A stretch of 38,762 bases of DNA from Candidatus Saccharimonadales bacterium. GTDB taxonomy: Bacteria; Patescibacteriota; Saccharimonadia; Saccharimonadales; UBA4665. The notes beneath the pieces were generated by a model. That model was given only the letters and a program-made list of their open reading frames with translations, was not told the DNA's origin and searched no databases. The stretch spans positions 1-38,762 of the forward strand of contig DASYJQ010000041.1 in the NCBI GenBank assembly GCA_035996265.1, written 5' to 3'. Shown piece by piece: positions 26,553 to 35,256 of this stretch (positions are counted from its first letter, which is position 1; each line of letters starts with the position of its first letter). Both the position numbers and the translations under genes were made by a program.

Positions 26553-28904
26553 ATGCAATTCATGAAACGACAGCTAGACCGGCAGGCCATAAAAATTGCC
26601 GCCGCAAGGCTAAGCGCCATAATGGGTGTTGCCATATTACTGGCCAGCGGGGCATTGCCGACCATACAAGTATATGCAGCGGCGACGGCGACTATCATAG
26701 CCGGGATGCCGTCAGACGGGCCACTGGTCAATGATATTCCGGCTACCTCGGCGCAATTCTGGAACCCGTCGGACGTCGCCACCACCAGCGACGGTACCAT
26801 CTACATTGCCGACATGAGCCACCAGGAAATTCGAAGTATTGGCGCTGACGGCATCATCCACGCCGCCTTTGGTGACGGGATACAGGACTGCTCGACCGGC
26901 GGCATCCAGACCAGGTTGTGGAATCCGCAAAGTATCGTGGTCGACGAGCACGACAACATGTATGTATCCACGGCCTGCGGCCAAATCGTTGAATTTACGC
27001 CAGGCAACCCGATAGGCACCGTTGTAGCGGGCAAATACGATGGCACCGGCAACCCCCACCCGTTCACGGGTGACGGCATGGTGGCGACGGACGTCACTAT
27101 GCAACCGAGCGTAATGGCTTACGACCGTGTAAGCGGGGCGCTGTATTTCAATGACGGAAGGTCTCAGCGCATTCTTAAATTGACCGACGGCCTCCTGACC
27201 ACCGCTGTCGGCAACGGCACCCCTGGATTTTCAGGTGATGGCGGGCCAGCCACCACCGCGCAATTTGCCGCCGTCGGGGGTATGACTTTTGCCGATGGCA
27301 ACCTTTATCTTTCTGATGGCGGCAACTGTCGTGTACGTATGGTCACCGCAGACGGGAACATTTCGACCATCGCAGGCGACGGCGCCTGCCACGACGCCAA
27401 CACAACCGGCCCGGCGCTCGCTGCCAGTATTGAATACCCGGCGCGCTTAGCTATGGATAACAACGGCATATTATATGTCGCCGGATCCATCAGCGGCTCC
27501 ATTTTCGCTTACGATACCCAGACTAAAAACTTAGCGCCGGTAATCCAGATCATCTCCAGTACGAGCGGTATGGCCATGGACAAAGACGGCAACCTTTTGG
27601 CGCTGCACAGCGGCGTTAACCAACAGTTATACCGGATTACCGGCCTGCCAACCCCCACGCCGCCGCCGGACGGCAAACAGCACGGCCGCGTCACGAACGT
27701 CAGCTGGGGCGTCAGCAACACAACCGCCTTATGGAATATGGATGTCACGGTCAACACCAGTGGCGTAACCTGCCCGGCAGTCGTCGTGGTAACGGTAGGG
27801 ACCTGGCAAAAACGGGCGAGCGTCTGCGCAATGGGCCAACCCGCACCAGCGGCTACACACTTTAAATGGAAAGTCTTTAACGATACTCACAGCCTCCAGC
27901 CGGGATCAACACCGGCAGTCGCGGCCTTTGTGGCAAAATCGGACGCGCCTCATTATGGCGGCGGCGCTACCACGCTGGCGGTGCCTGGCGTGCCGACAAT
28001 CGTAGGCGTTGGCGATTCATACGTGAGCGGACATAACCAAACGCTTGAAGATACCTTTTGCGAACGACCGGCGGATACGTCCTATGACTCGACACTGTGC
28101 AACCTTCATACGACCGATTATAACTTTTCGTGGGTAACGCGCATGGCCAACAAGCTAGACGCCAATACGCCGATAGAATGGCTATTCGACTATGACCCGT
28201 CCCATCTTCTGGCACGCAGCGGGGCAACCACCAGGCAGATGTTTGAACAAGGCCAAATTGAAGGTATGACAACGTTGCTGGGCCAACACCAGGGCACATG
28301 GAATGTCGTGGCCTTTGACGGCGGCGCAAACAATATTGATTTTGCCGGCGCACTTTCCGACTTTTACCACAACCACAACGTTACATTGCCCGCAGCGCAG
28401 CTCGCGCCTTGGGATGTTAAACGGCTACACTGGAGTGATTGCCCTAACACTGACATCTTGTACCACAACCTATTCGGCTACGATAGCGATCCGACCGCGC
28501 CGCCAATTACGCCGGTTCCACTGCCAGTCGCACAAGAGCCGATCATTGCGGCAGATCTTAAACAGCTGCTGGATACCGGACGCGCCGCATCAAGCTCGAC
28601 ACGCTTCGTGGACATGTTCTACCCTTACACATTAAAAGATACCAATATCTGCAGCGAAACCCAGGCCAACCCTAACGACCCCCTGCAAACGTGGCACGGC
28701 GCCACCAGCGTGGTAGACGGCCTGGCCCACATCCATAACGGTTTGGCTGCCAGTGACGTCAAAAAATTAGACCTCCGGGATACTTTCGGCGCTGACCCGC
28801 GACCCAAGCTTCAGCTCATCCGCAATTACGGCTACCCGCACCCTAACGACGCCGGACAACTAAAAATCGCCCAACAAGCCGCTAAACTCCTCTTAAAGCC
28901 ATAA
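26553..28904 (+). CDS. Secreted NHL-repeat beta-propeller fused to an SGNH/GDSL hydrolase domain
   Basis: Signal peptide; GFSGDGGPATTAQF and IYIAD NHL repeats; Pro linker; GDSY (Ser), ARSGA, GGANN, HPN (His). Confidence 0.88.
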   Translation: MQFMKRQLDRQAIKIAAARLSAIMGVAILLASGALPTIQVYAAATATIIAGMPSDGPLVNDIPATSAQFWNPSDVATTSDGTIYIADMSHQEIRSIGADGIIHAAFGDGIQDCSTGGIQTRLWNPQSIVVDEHDNMYVSTACGQIVEFTPGNPIGTVVAGKYDGTGNPHPFTGDGMVATDVTMQPSVMAYDRVSGALYFNDGRSQRILKLTDGLLTTAVGNGTPGFSGDGGPATTAQFAAVGGMTFADGNLYLSDGGNCRVRMVTADGNISTIAGDGACHDANTTGPALAASIEYPARLAMDNNGILYVAGSISGSIFAYDTQTKNLAPVIQIISSTSGMAMDKDGNLLALHSGVNQQLYRITGLPTPTPPPDGKQHGRVTNVSWGVSNTTALWNMDVTVNTSGVTCPAVVVVTVGTWQKRASVCAMGQPAPAATHFKWKVFNDTHSLQPGSTPAVAAFVAKSDAPHYGGGATTLAVPGVPTIVGVGDSYVSGHNQTLEDTFCERPADTSYDSTLCNLHTTDYNFSWVTRMANKLDANTPIEWLFDYDPSHLLARSGATTRQMFEQGQIEGMTTLLGQHQGTWNVVAFDGGANNIDFAGALSDFYHNHNVTLPAAQLAPWDVKRLHWSDCPNTDILYHNLFGYDSDPTAPPITPVPLPVAQEPIIAADLKQLLDTGRAASSSTRFVDMFYPYTLKDTNICSETQANPNDPLQTWHGATSVVDGLAHIHNGLAASDVKKLDLRDTFGADPRPKLQLIRNYGYPHPNDAGQLKIAQQAAKLLLKP

Positions 28905-28908
28905 GCTT

Positions 28909-31449
28909 CTAGTGACGCGGCTGGAACGGCTTGCGCAGATTCTCTAATAACTCGGGTAAACTGTCGACGGGGAAGTAGCCGGCAGCTACGCCGTCTTCAC
29001 CTAAGAACTTAGTGTAGTCAAAGCCGCGGTAGCGGGCTATAAGCCGCAGTCGTATCGGGGTCATATCGGGAGGTAATCCTGACAATTCCAGCACCTGCCT
29101 ATCCGACACATAGCCGGTTGCCGGCACAGGCGGCGGTGCGATTTCTTGCTGCCTGTCGGGGTAGGAAAGCTCCACCATGGCGCCCAGGTCGGAGGGTGTA
29201 ACCGTGTCACTGCGGCTGTAACCATGCGTTTCGTACAGGTTACTCAGAAACATAGAACTTACCCCCAGGCGCGCAGCAGCCTGGCTAAAATTGAGCTGTT
29301 GCGCCGGAGCGGCTTGTTCCTGTCTTGTGTCCGGGACGGTGGGCACGTCGGTGACCGAAGCGACCTCGACAGGCGGCACCAGTTCTACTACCTGGTCGTG
29401 GGTAACACTCCGCGTTTCTATAGTCTGGGTAGTACTGCCGCGCAACAGAACGCCTTGTTCAACCAGTAGCGTTCGTTTTGACTGGCGGGGCGGGTTGCCG
29501 CCGCCGGTGTAGTGGCCGACGCGAATGCTGTCCTGGCCGGGTTCACCGCCGAGCATTTGCACGCCGGTATACTGGTCGGGTCGACGCGGGTCGTAGTAGC
29601 TGGTAAGATGAGCTTCAACGGGATTCCCCCTTTCGTCGAACGTCAGCCGGGAAGCACGACCGGCGGCCTGGTGCTTGTCGCGCCATGACCCGCCGGTATC
29701 GAGATCGTAAAACGATTTGATAAGAGGATTATCCTTACCTCGGCCGATTGCTTTCACAGTTAGGAATACATCGATCGTCCCTGCGTCGAAACGTTTAAAC
29801 GCTGCCTGCTGCAAACGCTGGCCCGGCGCAGTAGTCTGCTGCGCTTTACCGCCAATCTCCATGGCCCGGATCTGCCGGGGCATGGTCCTGAAGGCCGCCG
29901 GCCAGGTACCATCGTTAGGCACCACCACTTCCATCTCACGTAATTCCTTGGCTAAAACTTTCGCAACATCAATATCATTACCGGCCGGGCAGCGGACGAG
30001 TACCCCCCGCCCAGCCTCAATATCGGCGCGGACACGTGGTTTCATATCTTCGATGCGGGCCCGCAGCTCTGCGGCCTCGATTATTTCGCGGCGCGCCGCA
30101 GGATCTTCGGGTAAGGCATCATAATTAATGTTCGCCTCAACGCGAAGCACCTCGGCGGTCGTCGGTGCTAGCAAGCCGCCCTGGATACCTTCCGGCACAC
30201 TCATTTTATATATCTCGTAGGGCATGAGTTCGCGGGTGGCATCGTCAATGGTGGCGCTCAGGCCAAGCAATATTTTGTCTTTGCTGTATTCGCGTAAATA
30301 GTCACCCGTCGTGCCGGAAGCATAGACGTCGCCTTCGTCCGCGATAACGACATGCGCGGCCGGCATTTCACCGCGCTCCATCAGGTAGTTAAACGACGCG
30401 GCCGGCATAAGGGTGACTTCCTTTATAGTTTTACCATCCGTGTAGCGCAAGCCGACGTCCAGGTGCGGGGCGAACTTGCCAAAGCCACGCTCACCGTCCT
30501 GGCCATGGGTTTGGTGCATAACGTTGATGGTGTTCTCAATGACGATAATCCGGACCGGTTCGTCGGGGTTTTCGTTATACTTCATGCCGGCACAGGCGGC
30601 GCTGATCACGCCGGTCTTGCCGATTCCGGGCGGACCATTGATGTGCCCGGCCTTACCGCCTTCCGGTGTCGTTGGCGGCGCGCATAACATAAAATAGCCG
30701 ATGTCTTTCACCATGTCTTGTTGGTGCGGACGCAAGGGCGTGCCCTCGGCGTTGGTCGTGGCCTTGCCGTCGGCAATAAAATCGGCGTAACCGTCCAGCA
30801 TCCGGGCGCGGATACGGTCAGGTTCGAGGCGCTCGTGAATAGCGTCAAGCTCGGCGTCGTTCGGCTGCCAGGCGGCCAGTTCTTCGGACGGAATATCTAT
30901 ACCGGCAGCGCTAGCCGCGCGCGCCATGTCATCGCGCAGGGCGTCTTTAGCGCGCAGGGCCTTTTCAGCGATAGCCCGGCGCTCGTCGTATTCGCCCTCG
31001 GGCAAGCCGGGCGTCGGGGCGATCGGGTAGCCCAGCAGGCGTTCGGCCTCGGCCACGTCCAGCTCGGCTTCCGGTGCGGGCGGCGTTTGTTCGACTGTCG
31101 TATTGGTATCTTTGGCGCCCTCGCCGGTTTGTTGGGCGTCTGCGGGCGGCGGGATTGGCTCGGGTTCAAGGCGTTCCGCTTCACGGGGCCGCGGGTCTTC
31201 GACGGCGGCATGAACAGCTACGCTGGCCGGTGTCGGCTCGTCTTCGGATTCTTCGGTAGCAGTTATGTCCAGCTCGGCGTCATCAGCGGCGGTGAGTGTC
31301 GTATCGTCTTCAAAAGGCGTGTCGTGCGCTGTAATCTCGGGTGCAGGGTACCCGAAAACCGATAGCGGGGTAGGCCGCATGTTACTACCTCTCGCACCGG
31401 CAGATGTTTCTTGTGGAAAATCGTTCATAGGTTCTTCAGTAGTCATCAC
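28909..31449 (-). CDS. Superfamily 2 (DExD) helicase-like protein with an acidic N-terminal leader and C-terminal HTH-like segment
   Basis: LRPHQ (Q motif), GPPGIGKT (I), IADEGD (II), LSAT (III), GRGKDNP (V), QAAGRASR (VI); LNFSQAAARLGVS is HTH-like. Start uncertain (31449, 31446 or 31428). Confidence 0.85.
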   Translation of the reverse strand: MMTTEEPMNDFPQETSAGARGSNMRPTPLSVFGYPAPEITAHDTPFEDDTTLTAADDAELDITATEESEDEPTPASVAVHAAVEDPRPREAERLEPEPIPPPADAQQTGEGAKDTNTTVEQTPPAPEAELDVAEAERLLGYPIAPTPGLPEGEYDERRAIAEKALRAKDALRDDMARAASAAGIDIPSEELAAWQPNDAELDAIHERLEPDRIRARMLDGYADFIADGKATTNAEGTPLRPHQQDMVKDIGYFMLCAPPTTPEGGKAGHINGPPGIGKTGVISAACAGMKYNENPDEPVRIIVIENTINVMHQTHGQDGERGFGKFAPHLDVGLRYTDGKTIKEVTLMPAASFNYLMERGEMPAAHVVIADEGDVYASGTTGDYLREYSKDKILLGLSATIDDATRELMPYEIYKMSVPEGIQGGLLAPTTAEVLRVEANINYDALPEDPAARREIIEAAELRARIEDMKPRVRADIEAGRGVLVRCPAGNDIDVAKVLAKELREMEVVVPNDGTWPAAFRTMPRQIRAMEIGGKAQQTTAPGQRLQQAAFKRFDAGTIDVFLTVKAIGRGKDNPLIKSFYDLDTGGSWRDKHQAAGRASRLTFDERGNPVEAHLTSYYDPRRPDQYTGVQMLGGEPGQDSIRVGHYTGGGNPPRQSKRTLLVEQGVLLRGSTTQTIETRSVTHDQVVELVPPVEVASVTDVPTVPDTRQEQAAPAQQLNFSQAAARLGVSSMFLSNLYETHGYSRSDTVTPSDLGAMVELSYPDRQQEIAPPPVPATGYVSDRQVLELSGLPPDMTPIRLRLIARYRGFDYTKFLGEDGVAAGYFPVDSLPELLENLRKPFQPRH
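31190..31236 (-). repeat. 47-bp perfect inverted repeat, left copy (inside the helicase 5' region)
   Basis: Reverse complement CCGACACCGGCCAGCGTAGCTGTTCATGCCGCCGTCGAAGACCCGCG is identical to 31878-31924. Confidence 0.95.
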
Positions 31450-31673
31450 AGTAACATACTGATCAGCACACCCCTAGACGACTAATTAGTAAGGGGAGCT
31501 CTCCGTTAATTTTTATACTGAACTGTTACGACAAAATTTAGGTATACGGACGATATATTATTCTACAATATTCTAGGAAAATCACACAACCTATACCGCT
31601 TTAACTACCGACAATCTCCAGTCGGTCTAAAGCGCCCCCTTCCAAACTTAAAATAAACATAAAAACACCAATT

Positions 31674-31682
31674 TGCTATACT
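31674..31682 (+). promoter_or_regulatory. Extended -10 promoter of the kinase-like gene
   Basis: TGcTATACT, 9 nt before ATG 31692. Confidence 0.55.
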
Positions 31683-31691
31683 GCACCCTGA

Positions 31692-33470
31692 ATGGACAAT
31701 CTTCACCCAGAACAACACCGGGGCAGTGACTTTAATGGTGCAGAAATACCGCCGACATACGTCATGCCCGACATCGAAATTACTGCGCACGAGGACGCCC
31801 CTGACAATACTGATTTAGAGGCGGCCCAGGAAAGCATTGTCGCCGATCTGGACATAACCGCGACCGAGGAGAATGAACCGACACCGGCCAGCGTAGCTGT
31901 TCATGCCGCCGTCGAAGACCCGCGACCTACGTCAATCGAAACGCCGGCAGCAGCGGCATCGCCCGGCGAAACCGTCATGCCCAGCTTTGAACCATACCGG
32001 GCGCAAATGGATGCTATTGACGCTCAGTTGGCCGAAGGCGAGGACCCGGCGGCAATTCCCGGGTATATCGACTCCGGCACGACATGTCATGTTTACGAGA
32101 CGCCCGACGGCAAGGTGCTAAAAATGCCGCGTGTCTTTGAGGAAGACCCGTCGTTGTACTCACAAAACGTTGCCCGCGATGTATATATCAGACCATTACA
32201 ACGGGGTATGGGCGTGGCCGGTTTAGAGCAAATCGTGACGGCTACCGAAGAAAACGGCGGGGCGGTTGTCTGTGAGCGGGCGCCGGGGGACAAGCTATAT
32301 GACTTAACAGCCGAACAAATGGACGCCATACCGCAGGAGCACTACGCCGCCTTGCTGGCGACTTGTAAAGAAATGTCCGCACGTCAGATACAGCACGACT
32401 TTTCACCGGCCAATGTATTTTACAGCGCGGAAGCCGGCTTTACCGTTATAGACTACCGTGCCCGGAGTGGTTCGGCAGACCGGCCGCCCCAGGATCCGGC
32501 CCAGATAGCCCGCGACGTCGCCACTAACCCGGTTATGTTTTTTAATCGAGGCGACAGTGTTGAGCTGCACGCGTCAGCCGAAACCTTTTATGCGGCATAT
32601 GCGGCCGCCTTCGGCGAAAAAGACACTGCTATTTTACGACAGCAGTGGGTCGCGCAAGACCTGCGTTTACCGGATTATATGGCGCAGCCTGAACAAGCCG
32701 GGCTTGTCGACAACGCGGGCTGGGGCGAAGTGACTGACCAAGTAGATGAATCCTTACTAGAAAAATTTGAACCATACCAGGCGCAAATGGACGACATTGA
32801 CGCCCGGTTGGCCGATGGCGTCGAGCCGCGTGATATAGCCGGTTATGTAACCTCCGGCGGCACCTGCCATATATTTGACACACCGGACGGTAAAATACTA
32901 AAAATGCCGCGCGTTATATATGAAGACGAAGAGGGCGGGGCGGTGCCACCCGCCCCCGATGCCGCGCGCACCGACTACATAATCCCATTACAGCGGGGCT
33001 TAGGCGTGAACAGCCTGGAGCAAATCGTAGCCGCTACCGAAGAAAACGGCGGGGCGGTTGTCTGTGAGCGGGCGCCGGGCAGCTCGCTGCAAAAAATGTG
33101 GTATATCGAGATAGAACTAATTCCGCCAGAGCACTACCACCAGCTAATGGAGACGTGCAAGGAACTCGCGGCGCGTGGCTTATTCCCCGATTATGCACCG
33201 GACAATATCTTCTACAGCGAGGATACGGGCTTTACCTTCATAGACTACGGCACTCAAGAACAGTATGAAATGCAAAGCGACGCGCCTCAGACTGCCCGTT
33301 TCTTCGCTACTAGCCACTGTCTATTCCGCAACGCTCACCATCAGTTGCCGGAACTGTCCGGGCGCCGCTTTTTTGACGCTTACAGGGCAGCTTTTGGCGA
33401 CGGCGAAATAGAACCGCTGTTACAAATCTGGCGTGACCAGGGGTTAGAATTCCCCGAGGATGAGTACTAA
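31692..33470 (+). CDS. Protein with an acidic N-terminal leader and two tandem protein-kinase-like domains
   Basis: Each domain has a Gly-loop-like segment (SG[TG]TCH[VI]), beta3 Lys ([VI]LKMP), catalytic loop (HDFSPANV / PDYAPDNI) and metal-binding IDY. Confidence 0.8.
   Translation: MDNLHPEQHRGSDFNGAEIPPTYVMPDIEITAHEDAPDNTDLEAAQESIVADLDITATEENEPTPASVAVHAAVEDPRPTSIETPAAAASPGETVMPSFEPYRAQMDAIDAQLAEGEDPAAIPGYIDSGTTCHVYETPDGKVLKMPRVFEEDPSLYSQNVARDVYIRPLQRGMGVAGLEQIVTATEENGGAVVCERAPGDKLYDLTAEQMDAIPQEHYAALLATCKEMSARQIQHDFSPANVFYSAEAGFTVIDYRARSGSADRPPQDPAQIARDVATNPVMFFNRGDSVELHASAETFYAAYAAAFGEKDTAILRQQWVAQDLRLPDYMAQPEQAGLVDNAGWGEVTDQVDESLLEKFEPYQAQMDDIDARLADGVEPRDIAGYVTSGGTCHIFDTPDGKILKMPRVIYEDEEGGAVPPAPDAARTDYIIPLQRGLGVNSLEQIVAATEENGGAVVCERAPGSSLQKMWYIEIELIPPEHYHQLMETCKELAARGLFPDYAPDNIFYSEDTGFTFIDYGTQEQYEMQSDAPQTARFFATSHCLFRNAHHQLPELSGRRFFDAYRAAFGDGEIEPLLQIWRDQGLEFPEDEY
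31878..31924 (+). repeat. 47-bp perfect inverted repeat, right copy (inside the kinase 5' region)
   Basis: Identical to the reverse complement of 31190-31236; both encode PTPASVAVHAAVEDPR. Confidence 0.95.
31986..33470 (+). repeat. Internal tandem duplication of about 780-790 bp in the kinase-like gene
   Basis: Copies begin TTTGAACCATACC at 31986 and 32766; identical 47-bp block at 32241-32287 and 33033-33079. Confidence 0.9.
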
Positions 33471-33481
33471 GTTACCGCCTG

Positions 33482-34444
33482 TTACACGTGTGAGACTTGC
33501 ACGCTATAAATAATCACCTGGGCGAAGGCGTCCGGGGCATCGCCTTTACTGACGTTAGACTGGGTGTAGCAACCGGCCTTAAAGTACAGTCCGGAACCAC
33601 TCTTGGCGTAATCGGCTTTGAGAACATCGTTATAGTACGCCTGAATACGGCCGTTGCCGGCCACAATCCTGATGGTATACACCGTGCCTAGCGCATAATT
33701 GGTGTCCAGGTCGCCGATATTCTTGCTGTTGGCCTCAACAAACAAATGGTTACCGCTAAGTTTGACCATAATGACGTCGTCGGAAGCGTTGTGGATCTGG
33801 GCCGCGACAACCTCCGGCTTGACGGCCGGCAGGTGGGTGATGGCTTCGCGCACGACCATGGTATGCGTGCCCGTAGCATTTGACCAGCTGGCCTCGGTAG
33901 CGCCGTTGGCGGTCATTTCGCGCAGTTCAGAGCGGGGATAGCCGGAATTTTTGGTGGTGGCGCCGCCGGCGTTGGCCTGGAATATGACGCCGTTTTTAGC
34001 CGGCGTTAATTCAAAATATGGCGACGACACGAAACCCGCCAACTCCGGCTGGTCGATCTCGTCCGGGCTGCCGTTATGGGCAGTGTCGACAGGCAGCGTC
34101 AAGCGCCAGCCAGTTAGCCCCAACACGCTGGATGGCGTCGGCTGCGGCGGCGCGGGGGCCGGATTGGCAGCGGCGGGCGTATGTGCGGCTGGAGAGGTGG
34201 CGTTAAGCGCATCTTTCGTTGATGACGTGCCATTAGAAGACGACTTAGACGTTGACGCGCCGCCCACCCGTCCGGATGACCTCGTGGAAGAACCAGTCTG
34301 TTGACTGTTGCCATGTGGCAAGACAAAAACCACCACAGCCGTCACCCCAACAAGTACCGCGCCGCCCATAGCCAGCAGGGCAAGCAGCGGTTGCCGCTTG
34401 ATCCATCGAGCAGGTTGTAGCAGTTGTCGCCATATTATGTTCAT
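33482..34444 (-). CDS. Membrane-anchored polysaccharide lyase family 7 (alginate lyase-like)
   Basis: N-terminal TM, Ser/Thr/Pro linker, and the PL7 motifs RSELRE, QIH and YFKAGCYTQ. Start set at ATG 34444. Confidence 0.92.
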   Translation of the reverse strand: MNIIWRQLLQPARWIKRQPLLALLAMGGAVLVGVTAVVVFVLPHGNSQQTGSSTRSSGRVGGASTSKSSSNGTSSTKDALNATSPAAHTPAAANPAPAPPQPTPSSVLGLTGWRLTLPVDTAHNGSPDEIDQPELAGFVSSPYFELTPAKNGVIFQANAGGATTKNSGYPRSELREMTANGATEASWSNATGTHTMVVREAITHLPAVKPEVVAAQIHNASDDVIMVKLSGNHLFVEANSKNIGDLDTNYALGTVYTIRIVAGNGRIQAYYNDVLKADYAKSGSGLYFKAGCYTQSNVSKGDAPDAFAQVIIYSVQVSHV

Positions 34445-34525
34445 ACTATAAGCATATACGAAATCTTGTAGGTGTGCCACCAGGTAAAGCTAGCCCCCGG
34501 CAGGGCGCTGAGTTACTATACATAG

Positions 34526-35188
34526 ATGTCAAAAATCCATAAGCCGGGCCGCAAGGTAATTCTACGCATTGCTACCATACTTATCGTAGTCGGCGTATTG
34601 GTACCGCTCTACGGGTTAATCTTCTCTGGTAAGGACCCGTCGCCAAACATTCGTAAGCCGTACGGCGTAGGCGAGCCAATGCCTTCGGCTGCCAAGCCCA
34701 CGGCGAGCAGCATAGCCAATTACACGGTCTCGGCCGGCCTGCCAAAATACATCGCCATACCGGCCATCGGCGTACAGCAAACACGCATCAAGCCGCTCGG
34801 GCTTATAAAAAACCGTACAATCGCTACGCCGGATAATTTATATGACACCGGCTGGTATAACGGCAGCGCCAAACCGGGAGAGAGCGGCGCGATGTTCATA
34901 TACGGCCACGTTTCCACCTGGAAAGCCCGCGGCGTCTTTTACGACCTCAAAAAACTCAAACCGGGCGACCGTATTACCGTGGAGCGCGGCGACGGCAAGC
35001 TGTTCACCTACGAAGTTAACCGCACTACCGTGTACCCGGCCGGCAAAGTCGATATGGCCGCCGTGCTGACTCCAGCCGAACCCGGCAAACCAGGCCTCAA
35101 CCTCATGACTTGCAGCGGCACATTGCTAAAAAACGCCAATGACTTTACCGAACGCCTCGTTGTGTTCACCAGCCTGATAAAAAAATAG
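34526..35188 (+). CDS. Class F sortase
   Basis: N-terminal TM; GWY....KPGE.G....YGHV (His), LNLMTC (Cys), ERLVV (Arg). Confidence 0.9.
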   Translation: MSKIHKPGRKVILRIATILIVVGVLVPLYGLIFSGKDPSPNIRKPYGVGEPMPSAAKPTASSIANYTVSAGLPKYIAIPAIGVQQTRIKPLGLIKNRTIATPDNLYDTGWYNGSAKPGESGAMFIYGHVSTWKARGVFYDLKKLKPGDRITVERGDGKLFTYEVNRTTVYPAGKVDMAAVLTPAEPGKPGLNLMTCSGTLLKNANDFTERLVVFTSLIKK

Positions 35189-35256
35189 TCATTTTATTGA
35201 CAAAATAATGTACATATTGCATTACATTACATTTTTTGTTATTATCTTGATCCACT

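Noticed and set aside
31986-33470. Duplicated segments as a diversity-generating retroelement TR/VR pair
   Set aside because: Mismatches are not confined to adenines, both copies lie in one ORF, and there is no reverse transcriptase in the window.
35197-35232. TTGACA promoter and ATTAC short repeats upstream of 35257
   Set aside because: No -10 box at 16-18 nt spacing; the repeats are short and in AT-rich sequence.
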